A stretch of DNA of 59,414 nt, counting the filler, from Squatina squatina (lineage: Eukaryota): NCBI GenBank assembly GCA_031763465.1. It is 3 parts of 3 records of this genome, joined end to end, with 100 filler letters (N's around TTAATTAATTAA, not from the genome) between each part and the next. Parts side by side here need not be neighbours in the genome. Positions count along the whole stretch, not along the records: positions 1 to 23,480 come from JARFOE010000080.1; positions 23,581 to 42,089 come from JARFOE010000194.1; 1 more part is not named here. One strand, written 5' to 3'. The notes beneath the pieces were generated by a model. The model made no database searches, was not told the DNA's origin, and was given only the letters and a program-made list of their open reading frames with translations. Both the position numbers and the translations under genes were made by a program. The first letter of the stretch is position 1, and each line of letters starts with the position of its first letter. Shown piece by piece: positions 13,253 through 25,395 of this stretch.

Positions 13253-13561
13253 AGGTTATTTTTAGCCTTTTAAAGCATTAAAAAATAAATTAAATTTTTG
13301 TTTTAAATATTTAATTAAATGCCATTTAAATTAATTTTCAACATGTATTTATTTTTAATTTAATGTGTACATGTATTTTTGAACCCTGGGACACTTGCGA
13401 ACTACATGCGCCCCTGGGATACGTGGGCCTCTATGCATGTCTACGCATAGAAGCCCAGGAGCATGAGTCTCCATGGATCCAGGATCATCAGGTAGGTTCG
13501 TAGATTTTTGCTGGTTGGAGGCATCCACCCACGGGAAGCCTCCGACCGCAAATTTAGGCCC
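13253..13561. mobile_element. Terminus of a putative DNA transposon, homologous in inverted orientation to 19312-19387
   Basis: The reverse complement 'gggcctaaatttgcggtcggaggcttcc...tgcctccaa...caaaaatctac' matches 'ggagctgaatttgtgaatggaggattcc...tgcctccaatcgcaaaaatttctac' at 19312. Confidence 0.6.
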
Positions 13562-13639
13562 ATTATTTGCATTTGAATGAATCCAGCCTGTTGTATAGAT
13601 TTACCACTTGCTCACTGAAATAATGTACTCTTGAACCGT

Positions 13640-13940
13640 GTTGTAATGTAGGCAAATGCTGCAGCTAATTTTCCCACAGCAAGATCCGACGAACAGCAAT
13701 GACATAAAAGATCAGATAATCTGTTTTAAATGGTGCTGGTTGGCTTCAAAAACTCCCTGCTCTTTGGGATCTTTTACACCAACCAAAGAAAGCTGACGTT
13801 TCATCTGAAAGACAGCACCTTAAACAGTACAGCACTCCCTCAGTACTGCGCTTAAGGATCCGTAAAAATGGAGTAGGGCTTGAACCCATCCCCTTCTGAC
13901 TCAGACGTGGGTGCTACAAATGGAGACACAACTGACAGCT
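13640..13940 (-). mobile_element. L2-tailed SINE (DeuSINE-like) copy
   Basis: Carries the central block 'tcatctgaaagacagcacct...cagcactccctcagtactgc' and a tRNA-like head ('ttgaaccc' is the B-box reverse complement). Confidence 0.7.
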
Positions 13941-14999
13941 AACAGTCCAGCTTAAAATGCTCCCAGTCCCTGACAACTTCAACCAAAGTACTGCTGTACA
14001 TTGCCAATCAGTAAGTGGAGCCACAAGTACATGGAACTATTGCAATTCTGCTGAATAATTCTGTCTACTTTCACCTGATGGCCGAGTCATCTAGATAGAT
14101 TTGATCATACAAACGAACAGGAGTCAGGTTTGATGCCCTGGTCTCTGTTGAGTTAGCTGATCTTAGCCAGGGCAAGAATTGGCCTCTGTGCCCATGGACT
14201 TGGATTCTTACTCCTTCACGGTCAAATGGTCTGCCAACAATCACTTTTTGTTCCTTCTTAGTATAAGTCAAAGCCTCTAAAAAACTGGGGAACAAAACAT
14301 AATATTTGGGGTCATTGTAAATTAACCCATCCGGAATGGAATGTAAAGTTAAATCAAACAGGGTATAAAATGGGTGACCAATCCGATCCTGTCAGTTTTA
14401 GGTTAAAATTACCCCTATAGATAGATAAGGAAAATTAATACATTCTTCTCTTATACTGAAATAACACCACTTTCCTGGGCCATGCTCAGCCTGTTGCCCC
14501 CAACCTGGTGTACTCCAATTTACCAGTGAATGGCTAACTAGGATCAATAGTGAGGAGTGTTGTCCCTGGGCAAAGGTGATTTAAGCACCATTTCTCTGTG
14601 TGTCGAGGAATTCTTGTGGTATGTGGGAACCCAGTTAAAATTTAGGGTAATAATATTTTCATTAAAACTAACTGTGGCCTCTGACTCATCCAGTATTGGT
14701 AAATGTAGCCTCTCCCTTCAGGCTTTTGTCCCAGGAACATTACATTAACCACAGCTCTGCAAGGTTCCTCATTACTGACTTTTCAAAAATGTTTGACTTT
14801 TTAAAACTCATCAAGGGGAATAAAACCTATTCCATTTCAGGAATCCGTTGTCAGCTTCTATCACTCCCAAGTCATGTTTTGCCCAGCTCTTATCTGCGCT
14901 GTCCAATAAAGCCCTCCCACTTCAGGTATAATACAGGTTCAATATAGGTTAAAGTTCCCTCTACATCAGGTACTCTTTGGTCTGATGCAGCATGCGTCA

Positions 15000-15540
15000 G
15001 ACTCCGAGGTTATGCCTAAACTGTATAAAACACTAGTTAGGCCACAGCTAGAGTACTGTGTACAGTTCTGGCCACTATATTGCAGGAAAGATGTGATTGC
15101 ACCAGAGAGGGTACAGAGGAGATTTACAAGGATATTGCCAGGACTGGAGAATTTTAGCTATGAGGGAAGATTGGATAGGCTGGGGTTATTTTCTTTGAAA
15201 CAGAGAAGGCTGAGGTGTATTAAGGTGTATAATTGAGGTGTATAAAATTACGAGGGGCCTAGATAGAGTGGATAGGAAGGACCTATTCCCGTTAGCAGAG
15301 GGGGTCAATAACCAGAATTAAAGTAACTGGTAGGAGGTTCAGAGGGGTGGGTGTCCGGAACTCACTGTCTGAAAGGGTGGTAGAGGCAAAAACCCTCATA
15401 GCATTTTAAAAAGTACTTGGATATGCACTTGAAGTGCCGTAACCTACAAGGCTACAGACCAAGTTCTGGAAAATGGGATTAGGCTGGATAGCTCTTTGAT
15501 GGGCCAAGTTGCCGCCTCCTGGGCTGTAGATTTCTATGAT
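15000..15540 (+). mobile_element. 5'-truncated CR1 LINE (RT C-terminus and 3' UTR)
   Basis: ORF 14985..15236 reads LYKTLVRPQLEYCVQFW...ERVQRRFTR...RLGLFSL..RRLR. Ends with a 'tttctatgat' type tail. Confidence 0.9.
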
Positions 15541-16029
15541 CAGCCAAGTGAAGGGAATTGATTGAGAAAATTGACTTCATGTCTAAAGAGTGGAAGAAAA
15601 AAACGACATGCATTTATCACACTCTGCTGAGTATTAGATCCAAGGTTGTTATAGAAGCTTAACAGGAAAGACTGGCGTGAGTTCTGCGCCTTCCCTTATC
15701 AACTAATCTGCCAGTGGCAGGCATCCATCTTGTGATGGTTGCAGTTATGAAATACTTCCTTTGTTGATTTACTTGGAGTGCACACACTGTCTGAAAATGA
15801 ACCATGATGTGAGAATGCTGGAAATGGTTTACATTTTTCTCAGCTGCCTGCTACTGAATAACAAACAGCAGGTCATCTGTAGAGTGCATCAATTTTTTTT
15901 AATTTCATGGTATAGCTTTTGTTAGTTGTGCATTAAAGTTTCCTTGCTCATGTAACCAGTGCCAAAGATATTGCCATCTACATCTTTAATAACTTAACAT
16001 GAACTTGCATCTTTCTCTCCTCACTTTAG

Positions 16030-16317
16030 TCAATCCTTTTGGGTAACTCCAACAGCAGCCTTTGGTCCACCACTCCTTTCAGCAATCCAATTTGGTCCAC
16101 TAGTCGGGACAACAGCCTGCCCTTCACTCCAACAAACAACAACTCTATGGCAAGTGTCGATCTCACAGGAGGAGAAAACCCAGCCCCTGGCCTCATAGAA
16201 GACCTTGGCCGAATGTTTGATCCTTGGAAGAATCTTGACAATATTTGGAGACCCACTCCTGGAAGACGAAGCTCCGATCCCTGGTCGAATAATTCTAACT
16301 TTCCTCATGAGAACTAA
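16030..16317 (+). CDS. TMEM131: TMEM131 last coding exon (SILLGNSNSSLWSTTPFS...GRRSSDPWSNNSNFPHEN*)
   Basis: TAG acceptor at 16027-16029, stop TAA at 16315-16317. The C-terminal GRRSSDPWSN..FPHEN is diagnostic for TMEM131. Confidence 0.96.
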   Translation, partial: SILLGNSNSSLWSTTPFSNPIWSTSRDNSLPFTPTNNNSMASVDLTGGENPAPGLIEDLGRMFDPWKNLDNIWRPTPGRRSSDPWSNNSNFPHEN

Positions 16318-17373
16318 TGTGCAAGTGTCCACAGCTGTGGGTGATGCACAGAACCTGACTACAAGCACAGTACGACACTGCTTAAAAGCGTGAAATATTG
16401 ATCAAGCTGAGCCTGTAGTCCAGAAACCCTTCACTCCAGTTCCTTTGCACAACTCCAGCAGATGTTTAATTGGAGTCGCACAAAGAAATTTGTGAGCGAG
16501 TGTTCCTGGTATAGGGATCCAGTTCTCAGCCATAACTAATCACTATTTTCGCTTCCTGCCACACGATTATGATTCATATCTGCTATAAACAGTTCCTCAA
16601 TCCTGACTGTAATTATGGTTTGTATGAGATTTCTGTTAAAGTTGTAACAGAAAGGCTTTGTTCGTTCATGTATTCANNNNNNNNNNNNNNNNNNNNNNNN
16701 NNNNNNNNNNNNNNNNNNNNNNNNNNNNNNNNNNNNNNNNNNNNNNNNNNNNNNNNNNNNNNNNNNNNNNNNNNNNCCTGTCGGATAAAACAATGCCTTC
16801 AGTGGAAAGGTGTCTGCATGACCTGTTGGCCTATGACATGTAACTGTGGGAAAGGGATAGAATTTATTTTCAGTTTGGAGAATAAAAGGGAACAAGACGT
16901 AAGAATTTTATGCGCATCCCTTTGTATTACATCCATATAAAGCATTGTGACGTGTTTTTAAGATAATGGAGAAAGGTTTCTCTCCCAGTATTAAGTTCAA
17001 GTTCCTCTGTTTTTGTGAGAAAGAATTAATGGAACCCTTTGTTTTTAAAATGCAAAGTGGACGTTTTAGAAATGGGAATGTGTTGGTAAGCGATAGGTTA
17101 TAATTATGTATCCAGCATTTTGGCTTTCATTTGTATTTAAAAGGGCAACAAAATCGTCAAGATTATGGCAGAGCATATTGAGGAAGAAAGCTGTAATCAC
17201 AGTTTCTTTGGTTTTCCTTTTCTGTCATCATAATGTGCTTCACAATGTGTGCTGATCGCTGTTTACTCTGGCTGGAGCACGCTGACCCAAAGGTTATGGA
17301 GACAACGAGATCCCCCTTTGTGTTCTTTGATTGAAACATGATTCTCTGGGTGGTACTGTTTGAGATAAATAAA
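16318..17373 (+). other. TMEM131: TMEM131 3' UTR (end uncertain); AATAAA candidates at 16881-16886 and 17368-17373
   Basis: AT-rich sequence without obvious repeats downstream of the stop, containing canonical hexamers. Confidence 0.5.
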
Positions 17374-17491
17374 GTTTTTCAGAAACTGAATTTTGTTGTT
17401 CCACATTAATTTATTTAAGAGTGGATGGAAATGCTCGTATGTCTGTGCAGCCATCACGTTGACTCAGCCGAATTAGCATTGTGCGAGCTTT

Positions 17492-17508
17492 TAGCACCAC
17501 CTCGTGGT
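17492..17508 (-). promoter_or_regulatory. Candidate CTCF site
   Basis: The minus strand reads ..ACCACGAGGTGGTGCTA, close to the CCAC(Y)AG(R)(K)GGC core. It sits between two convergent 3' ends. Confidence 0.35.
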
Positions 17509-18262
17509 AAAATGGTAGAACTAAATTTTCAGCAGCACTTTTACCGATTGTGTAGAACATGGAACTATTCGGTGGCCGTTGACTTTTTTTTTAAGTTCCA
17601 GAAGGAGGCCATTCAGCCCATCATTCCTGTGTTAGTGCTAGCTCCTAACCAGAGTTACTCAGCCCAATTAATCACGGGAATTGCTCCAGTGCTGCTGGTG
17701 GCCAAGGCGCAGCACATTCAGATAACTGTTCCCATTTTGTTTTGATAACCTGCCCCAGCAGATTTATGGCCATGTTTCAATTTGCTGGTTTCATGTTTTA
17801 GTGTTTTCTAATACTGTGCATCTTTATTCCTGAAGTGATTATATATTTTGTATTAAGTGTTTTATGTTTGTAAGCACTTCCTGTCTACAAAATCCTACTT
17901 CTTGTTGCCATGTTTTGGTCATGTAAGAATCAGGCCAAAATCCATACTTTAAAACCATAAAACCAGAAACCAGCACANNNNNNNNNNNNNNNNNNNNNNN
18001 NNNNNNNNNNNNNNNNNNNNNNNNNNNNNNNNNNNNNNNNNNNNNNNNNNNNNNNNNNNNNNNNNNNNNNNNNNNNNACTGCCACAACAAATGTCAATTA
18101 TTTTGAGGGTTTTTTGTAGCCATCTTTTATTCTCCACACGTTCACTCCATTATTGGTAACTGTTGCGGCTAAAGTTTAAAAGCTGCATTCATGCTCTACA
18201 AAAATCTACTGATGCTGGTGTTCGAGTTCCTTCTTACCACCACTACGAAACCCTCCCGCTGT

Positions 18263-18610
18263 CTACTTCAGAGCAGACATCATGAGCTGCTTAAACTTCT
18301 CCATATCACATTTTGTCATCACAAAAGCTTGATTTTGCTTTTTCAGGAGGTTGAGTGTATCCAGGACCATCATCCCTCTGGTCAGCGATCCCTGTAACTC
18401 CACGCTTACGCCACACTGCATGTATTCAGCAACAACACACTCATCAATAGCAGCTGCCATTGCATAAGAATCACAGGACACAAACCCTGCATCAAGATGT
18501 GACTCTTTACCGCCTTGCTTGACCTTAGCATATTTACCGCAGTACTCCGTTATCATCTTCATGAAGCAAGCCTTCTCAGTGCCTTGATTTACCCACTCAT
18601 CAAAAAACTC
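18263..18610 (-). CDS. Terminal exon of an inosine-uridine-preferring nucleoside hydrolase family protein (group III, xCDx); upstream exons not visible
   Basis: Minus-strand TCTGTTCCAG acceptor at 18620-18611, stop TAG at 18265-18263. Motifs GFVSCDSYAMAAAID and VSVELQGSLTRGMMVLD. Minus-strand AATAAA near 18126-18131. Confidence 0.92.
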   Translation of the reverse strand, partial: EFFDEWVNQGTEKACFMKMITEYCGKYAKVKQGGKESHLDAGFVSCDSYAMAAAIDECVVAEYMQCGVSVELQGSLTRGMMVLDTLNLLKKQNQAFVMTKCDMEKFKQLMMSALK

Positions 18611-19840
18611 CTGGAACAGACACAACAGAATAGGTCAGCAAGGTGCTTCTGAGAATCTCTTGCACTATCATAACTACATGGTGAAGTTACCACTGGCATA
18701 TAGATATCAAAAGAACCCAGGCCACCAGAGATGATCAGAGAGTCCTCACTGTGAACATCAGGGTGATATTCATCCACAATATCAAATTGCTCAGTAAAGT
18801 TTCATTCTTAAAATTAGTAACTTCCTTCTAGATTTGACCACACTTTGACAGTAAGAGATGCATAATTAATAAAACATTGGTAAATTATTTGGTTTGTTTC
18901 AATCATGAAAGAACATATAATTTAATTAAAAAATATTGAAATATGATGAATGAGAAAAATAATGAGCTGATATCAATGTGTACAAGAGGCTGGGCTGGTA
19001 TCACATACTCAGATAATAGGCTATGAAACCATCATGGAATTGAGTGGCATTGGGCATGAAGCTAATCTCTTTCTTAAAGAGTGACTGGTTGTTGTCTGTG
19101 CAGTGCGGTGGGTGTGTTATCTTATTGGTACGGGGGATGCAAGATACATCACAGTGTAAGAGTGAGGAGATATTGGAATGTCAGACTGGAATGGTGGAAG
19201 AGAGTGTGGTTTTGTTTATGGACAGGAAAGAGAGAAATTATCTACCATCTTCTTATGGCATAATCAGTGTACAAATTTTAACTTACGATTTTTATTAAGT
19301 GTAACAATATTGGAGCTGAATTTGTGAATGGAGGATTCCTGCGTGCAGTGCCTCCAATCGCAAAAATTTCTACAAAATTACCTGAGGNNNNNNNNNNNNN
19401 NNNNNNNNNNNNNNNNNNNNNNNNNNNNNNNNNNNNNNNNNNNNNNNNNNNNNNNNNNNNNNNNNNNNNNNNNNNNNNNNNNNNNNNAGCATCCCTGCAA
19501 ACGATATGAATTCCTCTCCCCAAGTTTTTTTCATCTCTCCTCTTAACTCAATTCAGTGACACGGAGGTCAGCGTTATGATTCTTCTCTACATTGTTTCCA
19601 GGGCTTCAATATTTCTTTTGCATTTTGGTGAACAGAACTGAATGCAGTACTCGAGACATGGCCTATCCAAAACACTGTAGGGTATAACAGTGTTAGACAA
19701 AAATTCTACTGATCTGGCGATATAGCTCAGCATTCTGCTCATTTTATTGATTGTTGTTCAGCATGACTGGACACAGTCAACGTTGACTATTCCCAGGTTA
19801 CTTTTAGCTTCTCTTTGCGTATCTCAAAGCACTGAAGAAG

Positions 19841-20397
19841 TACCAACGTTGCCTCTGCAAAATCCTACAAATCCACTGGCAGAATAGGCGTGCCAATGTC
19901 AGTGCCCTCTCTCAGACCAGCATCCCCAGCATTGAGGCACTGGTCACACTCCATCAGCTGCGATGGGCGGGCCACATGGTCCGCATGGCCGACGCAAGCC
20001 TCCTGAAACAAGCACTCTATTCCGAGCTTCGCCACAGCAAGCAATTGCCAGGAGGAAACACCTCAAGGACATCCTCAAAGCCTCCCTGAAAAAATGTAAC
20101 AGCCCCACTGACTCATAGGAATCTCTGGTCCAAGATCGCTCGAACTGGAGGAGAANNNNNNNNNNGCCTATTTCTTCGAACATCTCCGGCGGGAGCACGT
20201 GGAGGCCAGACGCAAGAAGCGGAAGGAGCGCTCGGAAAACCGAGCATCCCACCCACTCGCCCCATCAAACATCACTTGCCCCACCTGTAGTAGATTTGCG
20301 GATCCAGCATAGGACTAGTTAGTCACATCAGAACCCACAACTCCGGAGTGAAAGCAAGTCATCCTCGACCCTGAGGGACTGCCTAAGAAGAAGGAGG
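19841..20397 (+). mobile_element. RTE-clade LINE 3' fragment
   Basis: Degenerate YQRCLCKILQIHWQ, SIPSIEAL..HQLRWAGH, LYSEL, and a C-terminal CPTC..C zinc-finger-like segment, followed by an (AAG)n tail. Confidence 0.85.
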
Positions 20398-22219
20398 TCA
20401 GTTTGGTGCCATCCTTCAATTCTGTCCCCTATTATGAAACACCGTGCTGTTATTAGTATTTAGGCTTATTTCCCCAAATACTGCAAATTTTGAATTACCC
20501 TCAATTGTAATTCATTTAAAAACAAAATTACAAACAAATAAGCTTGCTGAGTTAACTAAGTTAAGCTCGCTCCTAGTTTCTCCAAAACACAACAGCTTAT
20601 AGTAGTGCAGAGACATTTCTGATTGAAAATCCTCCGGCAGGAGACTGTAGAGGTTATGCACGCCTTCTGCAATGAACCAACAGATTGCCACAGGACCTTC
20701 TGTTCAGGCACATCCCTTGTACATCAGCATAGCTTCAAGGAACACAGCTACACAACAACTGCCATNNNNNNNNNNNNNNNNNNNNNNNNNNNNNNNNNNN
20801 NNNNNNNNNNNNNNNNNNNNNNNNNNNNNNNNNNNNNNNNNNNNNNNNNNNNNNNNNNNNNNNNNTAGTAATCAGCCTGCGAGATTCGGGATTGGGATTG
20901 GGATCGGGATTGACATTTGGATTGGTAAGGGCTGGTGAGGGGAAGTAGATGGTGTGCCCTTTAATATGACCCGGTTTCCAGTGACTGAAAAAGGGAAGGA
21001 TGGAGGGGAGGCACCAGCTACAGCCCCTGGGTGGCATAACCTGGCCAATGGGAGGGGGCAGTTCATGCCGAGCTGTGCTGTGCACTGTTGTATAGTTGGC
21101 CAGATTTTACGGTCAGCGGTGAACAAATGGTGCCAGCCACTTGTTACACTTGCACTCGCCCAAAGACATTTTCTGGGCTTTTGCACTGGAAATTCCTGTC
21201 AGCTAATTATCAAAAAAGTGCAGTGCCCCCTACAGAGTATCTAGGACCTGTCTGAACAGGGCAAGCAACTGTATATCTCCTCAACCAATTAGATTGAAGA
21301 ATTGTTAATGAACAGGTCAGGAAGTGGCACTTAGAATATTTAATTCAATGTCAAATCAGGTACAGAAAGTGAAATAAAGAGATGGAAAGAAAAATTTGAT
21401 TATGAGATAAAAGAGACAGAAATATTATTTTTAAAAAAGCTTATTGGCATTTAAAAAAAAACTCCAACAATAATGAAAATCTNNNNNNNNNNNNNNNNNN
21501 NNNNNNNNNNNNNNNNNNNNNNNNNNNNNNNNNNNNNNNNNNNNNNNNNNNNNNNNNNNNNNNNNNNNNNNNNNNNNNNNNNCCTCCTCTGCTGGACTCT
21601 GAATTTCTCCCAGTCCTCTGGTATGCTGCTATTTCTGGCTAGATTTAGGACCCTAGTTTCGGATTGAACCACATCACTTTCTATCTTAATGAAGAATTCT
21701 ATCATGTTATAGGGAACAGTGAGAAGTCAAAAGCAAACCAGTATTGAAGCACAAAATGGATTGTGTGGATAAGTGATGGAGTGGCACAGGACCCCAACTC
21801 AGGTTTGATGACTGCCAAAGTGGACCAAATGAAGCATGAGTTGAATGAGAGGGGGCACTCCATGACACCTTTCCCACAAGATGGCAATGCACCATGCCTG
21901 GCACAAAGTGACAGGTAGGCTCAGCACCATGCACAGCAGCTGTAGGTCCTAGGAACAGATGTGGGAGGAGATGGCATACTATAAGGAACCCGAGAATATT
22001 AAATTTACTCAACAGCACCATGTACTTGGTGTTGAATAAGGTACTACAAAATGTTGCTTTTTTTAAGCAAATAACACTTATCTATAACAAAGCATTACAG
22101 CTGTTTCATTGTATGCCGTGCATGCATACCCATACTTCAGCAGGGCATATATTCAAGCTGCAACCTACAATGGAAAGCCTTTCCACTCTCACATCTTTCA
22201 AAACACTGTACTTTCCAAA

Positions 22220-22486
22220 TGGTGAAAACCATGGAGACTAAAGGGACTTGAGGGTCCAGGTACAAAGATCATTAACATGGCATGAACAGCTGCAGAAAAT
22301 AATCAAAAAGGATAATGGAATGTTAGCCTTTCTATCGAGAGGACCAGAATACAAAGGGGTAGAAGTTATGCTACAGCTATACAAAACCCTGGTTAGACCA
22401 CATCTGGAGTACTGTGAGCCGATCTGGGCACCACACCTTAGGAAGGATATATTGGCCTTGGAGGGACTGCAGCATAGGTTTACCTG
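22220..22486 (+). mobile_element. CR1 LINE RT C-terminal fragment
   Basis: ORF 22248..22595 reads MLQLYKTLVRPHLEYC..WAPHLRKDILALEG. Confidence 0.88.
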
Positions 22487-23524
22487 NNNNNNNNNNNNNN
22501 NNNNNNNNNNNNNNNNNNNNNNNNNNNNNNNNNNNNNNNNNNNNNNNNNNNNNNNNNNNNNNNNNNNNNNNNNNNNNNNNNNNNNNGTACGTTAATAAAG
22601 ACTCACAGCACAACTGAACACAAGCAGCTTCTTGTCAGTTTCCTTTTTAATATTTCATACCATAGGTGAGCACTTTGAGAAGCACATTATACAGCTTACT
22701 TGAATCTAATGTGATCAATCAGAGGAAACAAAAATAATCCCACTGGTAAAAAGCTTGTAACAGTTTGAATACTGCAAAACATAAATAAATAAAATTTGTA
22801 AAAACATTACATGAAATGTGAAAGGTTTCGGACCGAATGATATTTTCATATACATTATATACATTAAAAAATGTGCGACTTAAACCATAACTGCATCCCC
22901 AAGTCAACATGGTTAAGATATGCATTACACATCTGTTAATTTACAGAATTGACAGGCTTTACCAGTATAATACACCATAAGTGAGTGTGTACAAGCACAA
23001 CTTAATTCTTTTTCTCCTATAAATATTCTCAAGTATGGCCCTTTTAGTTTTGCAAGCAGACCATTTTCTACTCAAGAGTACAAGCTTTTGACACATGCTT
23101 TTGAATTGAGACGAGACTCCAATGTTGCACAAATTCCCTTATTGAAAAAGATGCAAACTAAATTAAAAATGAGAAAACCTGTCCTGCAGAGCTATCTCCA
23201 TCTCCATTCCGACTGCGTCATCTAGTGAAGCTAACGGTGTGTTTGGGTTTCTTAATTCTATGTCCAGTATGGTATATGGAGAATCTTTATATGCAATGCA
23301 ACACTTGTGCAGCAGAGATAACAGAAAAAAAGTTTTATAATATCCTTCTGCACAGTTTTAAAAAAAAGTTACTTTCAGTGCCAACTTTCGCTTGCATCTT
23401 GTAAAACAGCAATGAATACATTCTACATAAAAGTCAAAAACTTTGTAAACCTTATAAATAAAACTTGTGTGTAATTCCCTNNNNNNNNNNNNNNNNNNNN
23501 NNNNNNNNNNNNNNNNNNNNNNNN

Positions 23525-23536
23525 TTAATTAATTAA
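23525..23536. other. Artificial scaffold spacer TTAATTAATTAA inside a 100-base gap (second copy at 42134-42145)
   Basis: 44 N + 12-mer + 44 N, seen twice. The 12-mer gives stops in all six frames. Confidence 0.9.
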
Positions 23537-23580
23537 NNNNNNNNNNNNNNNNNNNNNNNNNNNNNNNNNNNNNNNNNNNN

Positions 23581-23876
23581 GTCTCTCTCTCTGTTTCTGT
23601 CAGTGTCTCTCTCTCTGTTTCTATCACTGCCTCTCTGTGTTTCTGTCAGTGTCTCTCTCTCTCTCTCTCTGTGTTTCTGTCAGTGTCTCGGAGTTTCTGT
23701 CAGTGTCTCTTTCTCCGTTTCCGTCAGTGTCTCCCGCTTTGTTTCTATCAGTGTCTCTGTCTCTCTGTGTTTCTATCAGTGTTTTTCTGTGTTTCTATCA
23801 CTGCCTCTCTCTGTTTCTGTCAGTGTTTCTCTGTGTGTTCCTATCACTGTCTCTCTCTGTGTTTCTATCAGTGTCC
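23581..23876 (+). repeat. Degenerate minisatellite of about 22 bp, (TCTCTCTGTGTTTCT[A/G]TCA[G/C]TG)n
   Basis: Roughly a dozen tandem copies are visible. They explain the low-complexity S/L/V ORFs. Confidence 0.9.
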
Positions 23877-25104
23877 AATTTCTATAAAATTGAAGANNNN
23901 NNNNNNCACTGGTCATGAGGACTCTGAAATTCTGCCGTGTTTTTAAAGTCTCCCAACCTAATTCCAATGGGAATATGCCTGAACTCAAAGGGAAATTGAA
24001 TAAATGGCATTATTTCCCGAGGGGATCTGCCAGACTTACGTCAGAGTTACAGTTGGAGAATAGTAGAACTACTGCAGAATTTCAGGGCCTTGATTTTTAA
24101 TTATACGCAGATTTTCCTGCGCACTTCTAGATTATAGTACATCAAACATGTTTCCGTAAGTGTTGATCGAATCATACTCATCACCATTTGCAATTAGTTC
24201 ATTTTCTCCATGAAAGAAAGTAATTAAAATGTGATTATCATTTGAGGTAATGGTGAAGATCTCTTCATTTGCTTTTAAACCATTGAAGGACAGGTTCCTA
24301 ACCACTTTAGAACTCTCTACCTGACTTCCAGCTGTACAATTTTACTTTTTGAAAATAAAATATCTAAAAGCGTTTGCGAAATGTTTCTCTGAAGGAAATT
24401 GCTATTGAAACATATTGCGATTCTAAGAAATGAAGCATCTGACACCAGTGCCCCTCAGTGTGGAGTTGTCGCACCCACTCACTTCCTCCATTAACTTTCA
24501 TCTGTCACACTTTATGCAACAATACACAGTCTGAGTTGGCAAAATCAGATTTTATCTCATGGCGAGCTGCCACTGCAATGTGTGGGTCTGTTGCTCTTTA
24601 ATACATGGCTCTCCTTCAATTCTCTGCCCTCTTTTCCTAAAGGCAGTACATGACTCAAGATGGGATATAGAAACATAGAAACATAGAAAATAGGTGCAGN
24701 NNNNNNNNNNNNNNNNNNNNNNNNNNNNNNNNNNNNNNNNNNNNNNNNNNNNNNNNNNNNNNNNNNNNNNNNNNNNNNNNNNNNNNNNNNNNNNNNNNNG
24801 TATCTACTCTGGTTCAATAATGCCATTGGCATGCTTAAGTAGTCTGGCCACCTGCTTCTTGAGGAAGTTGACTTCCACTATCCTAAATCTACTAGCGCAG
24901 TGGTTGGCCCAAGGTTAACATTGAAACTCCTTTGTGTTCTGGGTAACCCTCGGTCTCTCTGAATGTGAACCAAGTCAACGTGGCACGCTGTTTGTTTGGT
25001 AATCTGCTTTATTCCACTGTAGACACAACATACGGAACACTGAGAATTATGAAAATCACTTGGTACAGTTAGCACATTACTACAAAAATAAAGAACATGA
25101 GAGC

Positions 25105-25395
25105 ATGTTCTTCCCTTTTCCCCTTCCCACGCCTCTCATCACTCTCTCCTTCCACATCTCTGCTTTCTTCCCTGTCCTCAGTTCACTTCCCTCCCCTGCA
25201 CCAACTTCACCTCTCCCCTCTTCAATCTCCTTTTCCCTCGCCACTGTTCCCTCTGCCCTGCCCTGTTTCCTCACTCCTCTTCCGTTGTTACTCTTCCCTC
25301 ATCCTTTTATCTTTCTCCACTTCCCTTGTCTCCTTCCCCCACCACCCCGCCCCCTAACCTTTCCTCCTCTCCCCTCCACCCTCTGGCCCCTGCCA
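25105..25395 (+). repeat. Polypyrimidine (CT-rich) low-complexity tract
   Basis: Strong C/T bias over about 290 bp. Confidence 0.8.

Noticed and set aside
23525-23536. Palindromic TTAATTAATTAA flanked by Ns, repeated at 42134-42145
   Set aside because: Six-frame stop spacer added during scaffolding, not biological. Adjacency across these joins is unverified.
23603-23988. Ser/Leu/Val-rich ORFs that look like membrane proteins or a CRISPR-like array
   Set aside because: Translations of a minisatellite with no unique spacers, in a eukaryotic context.
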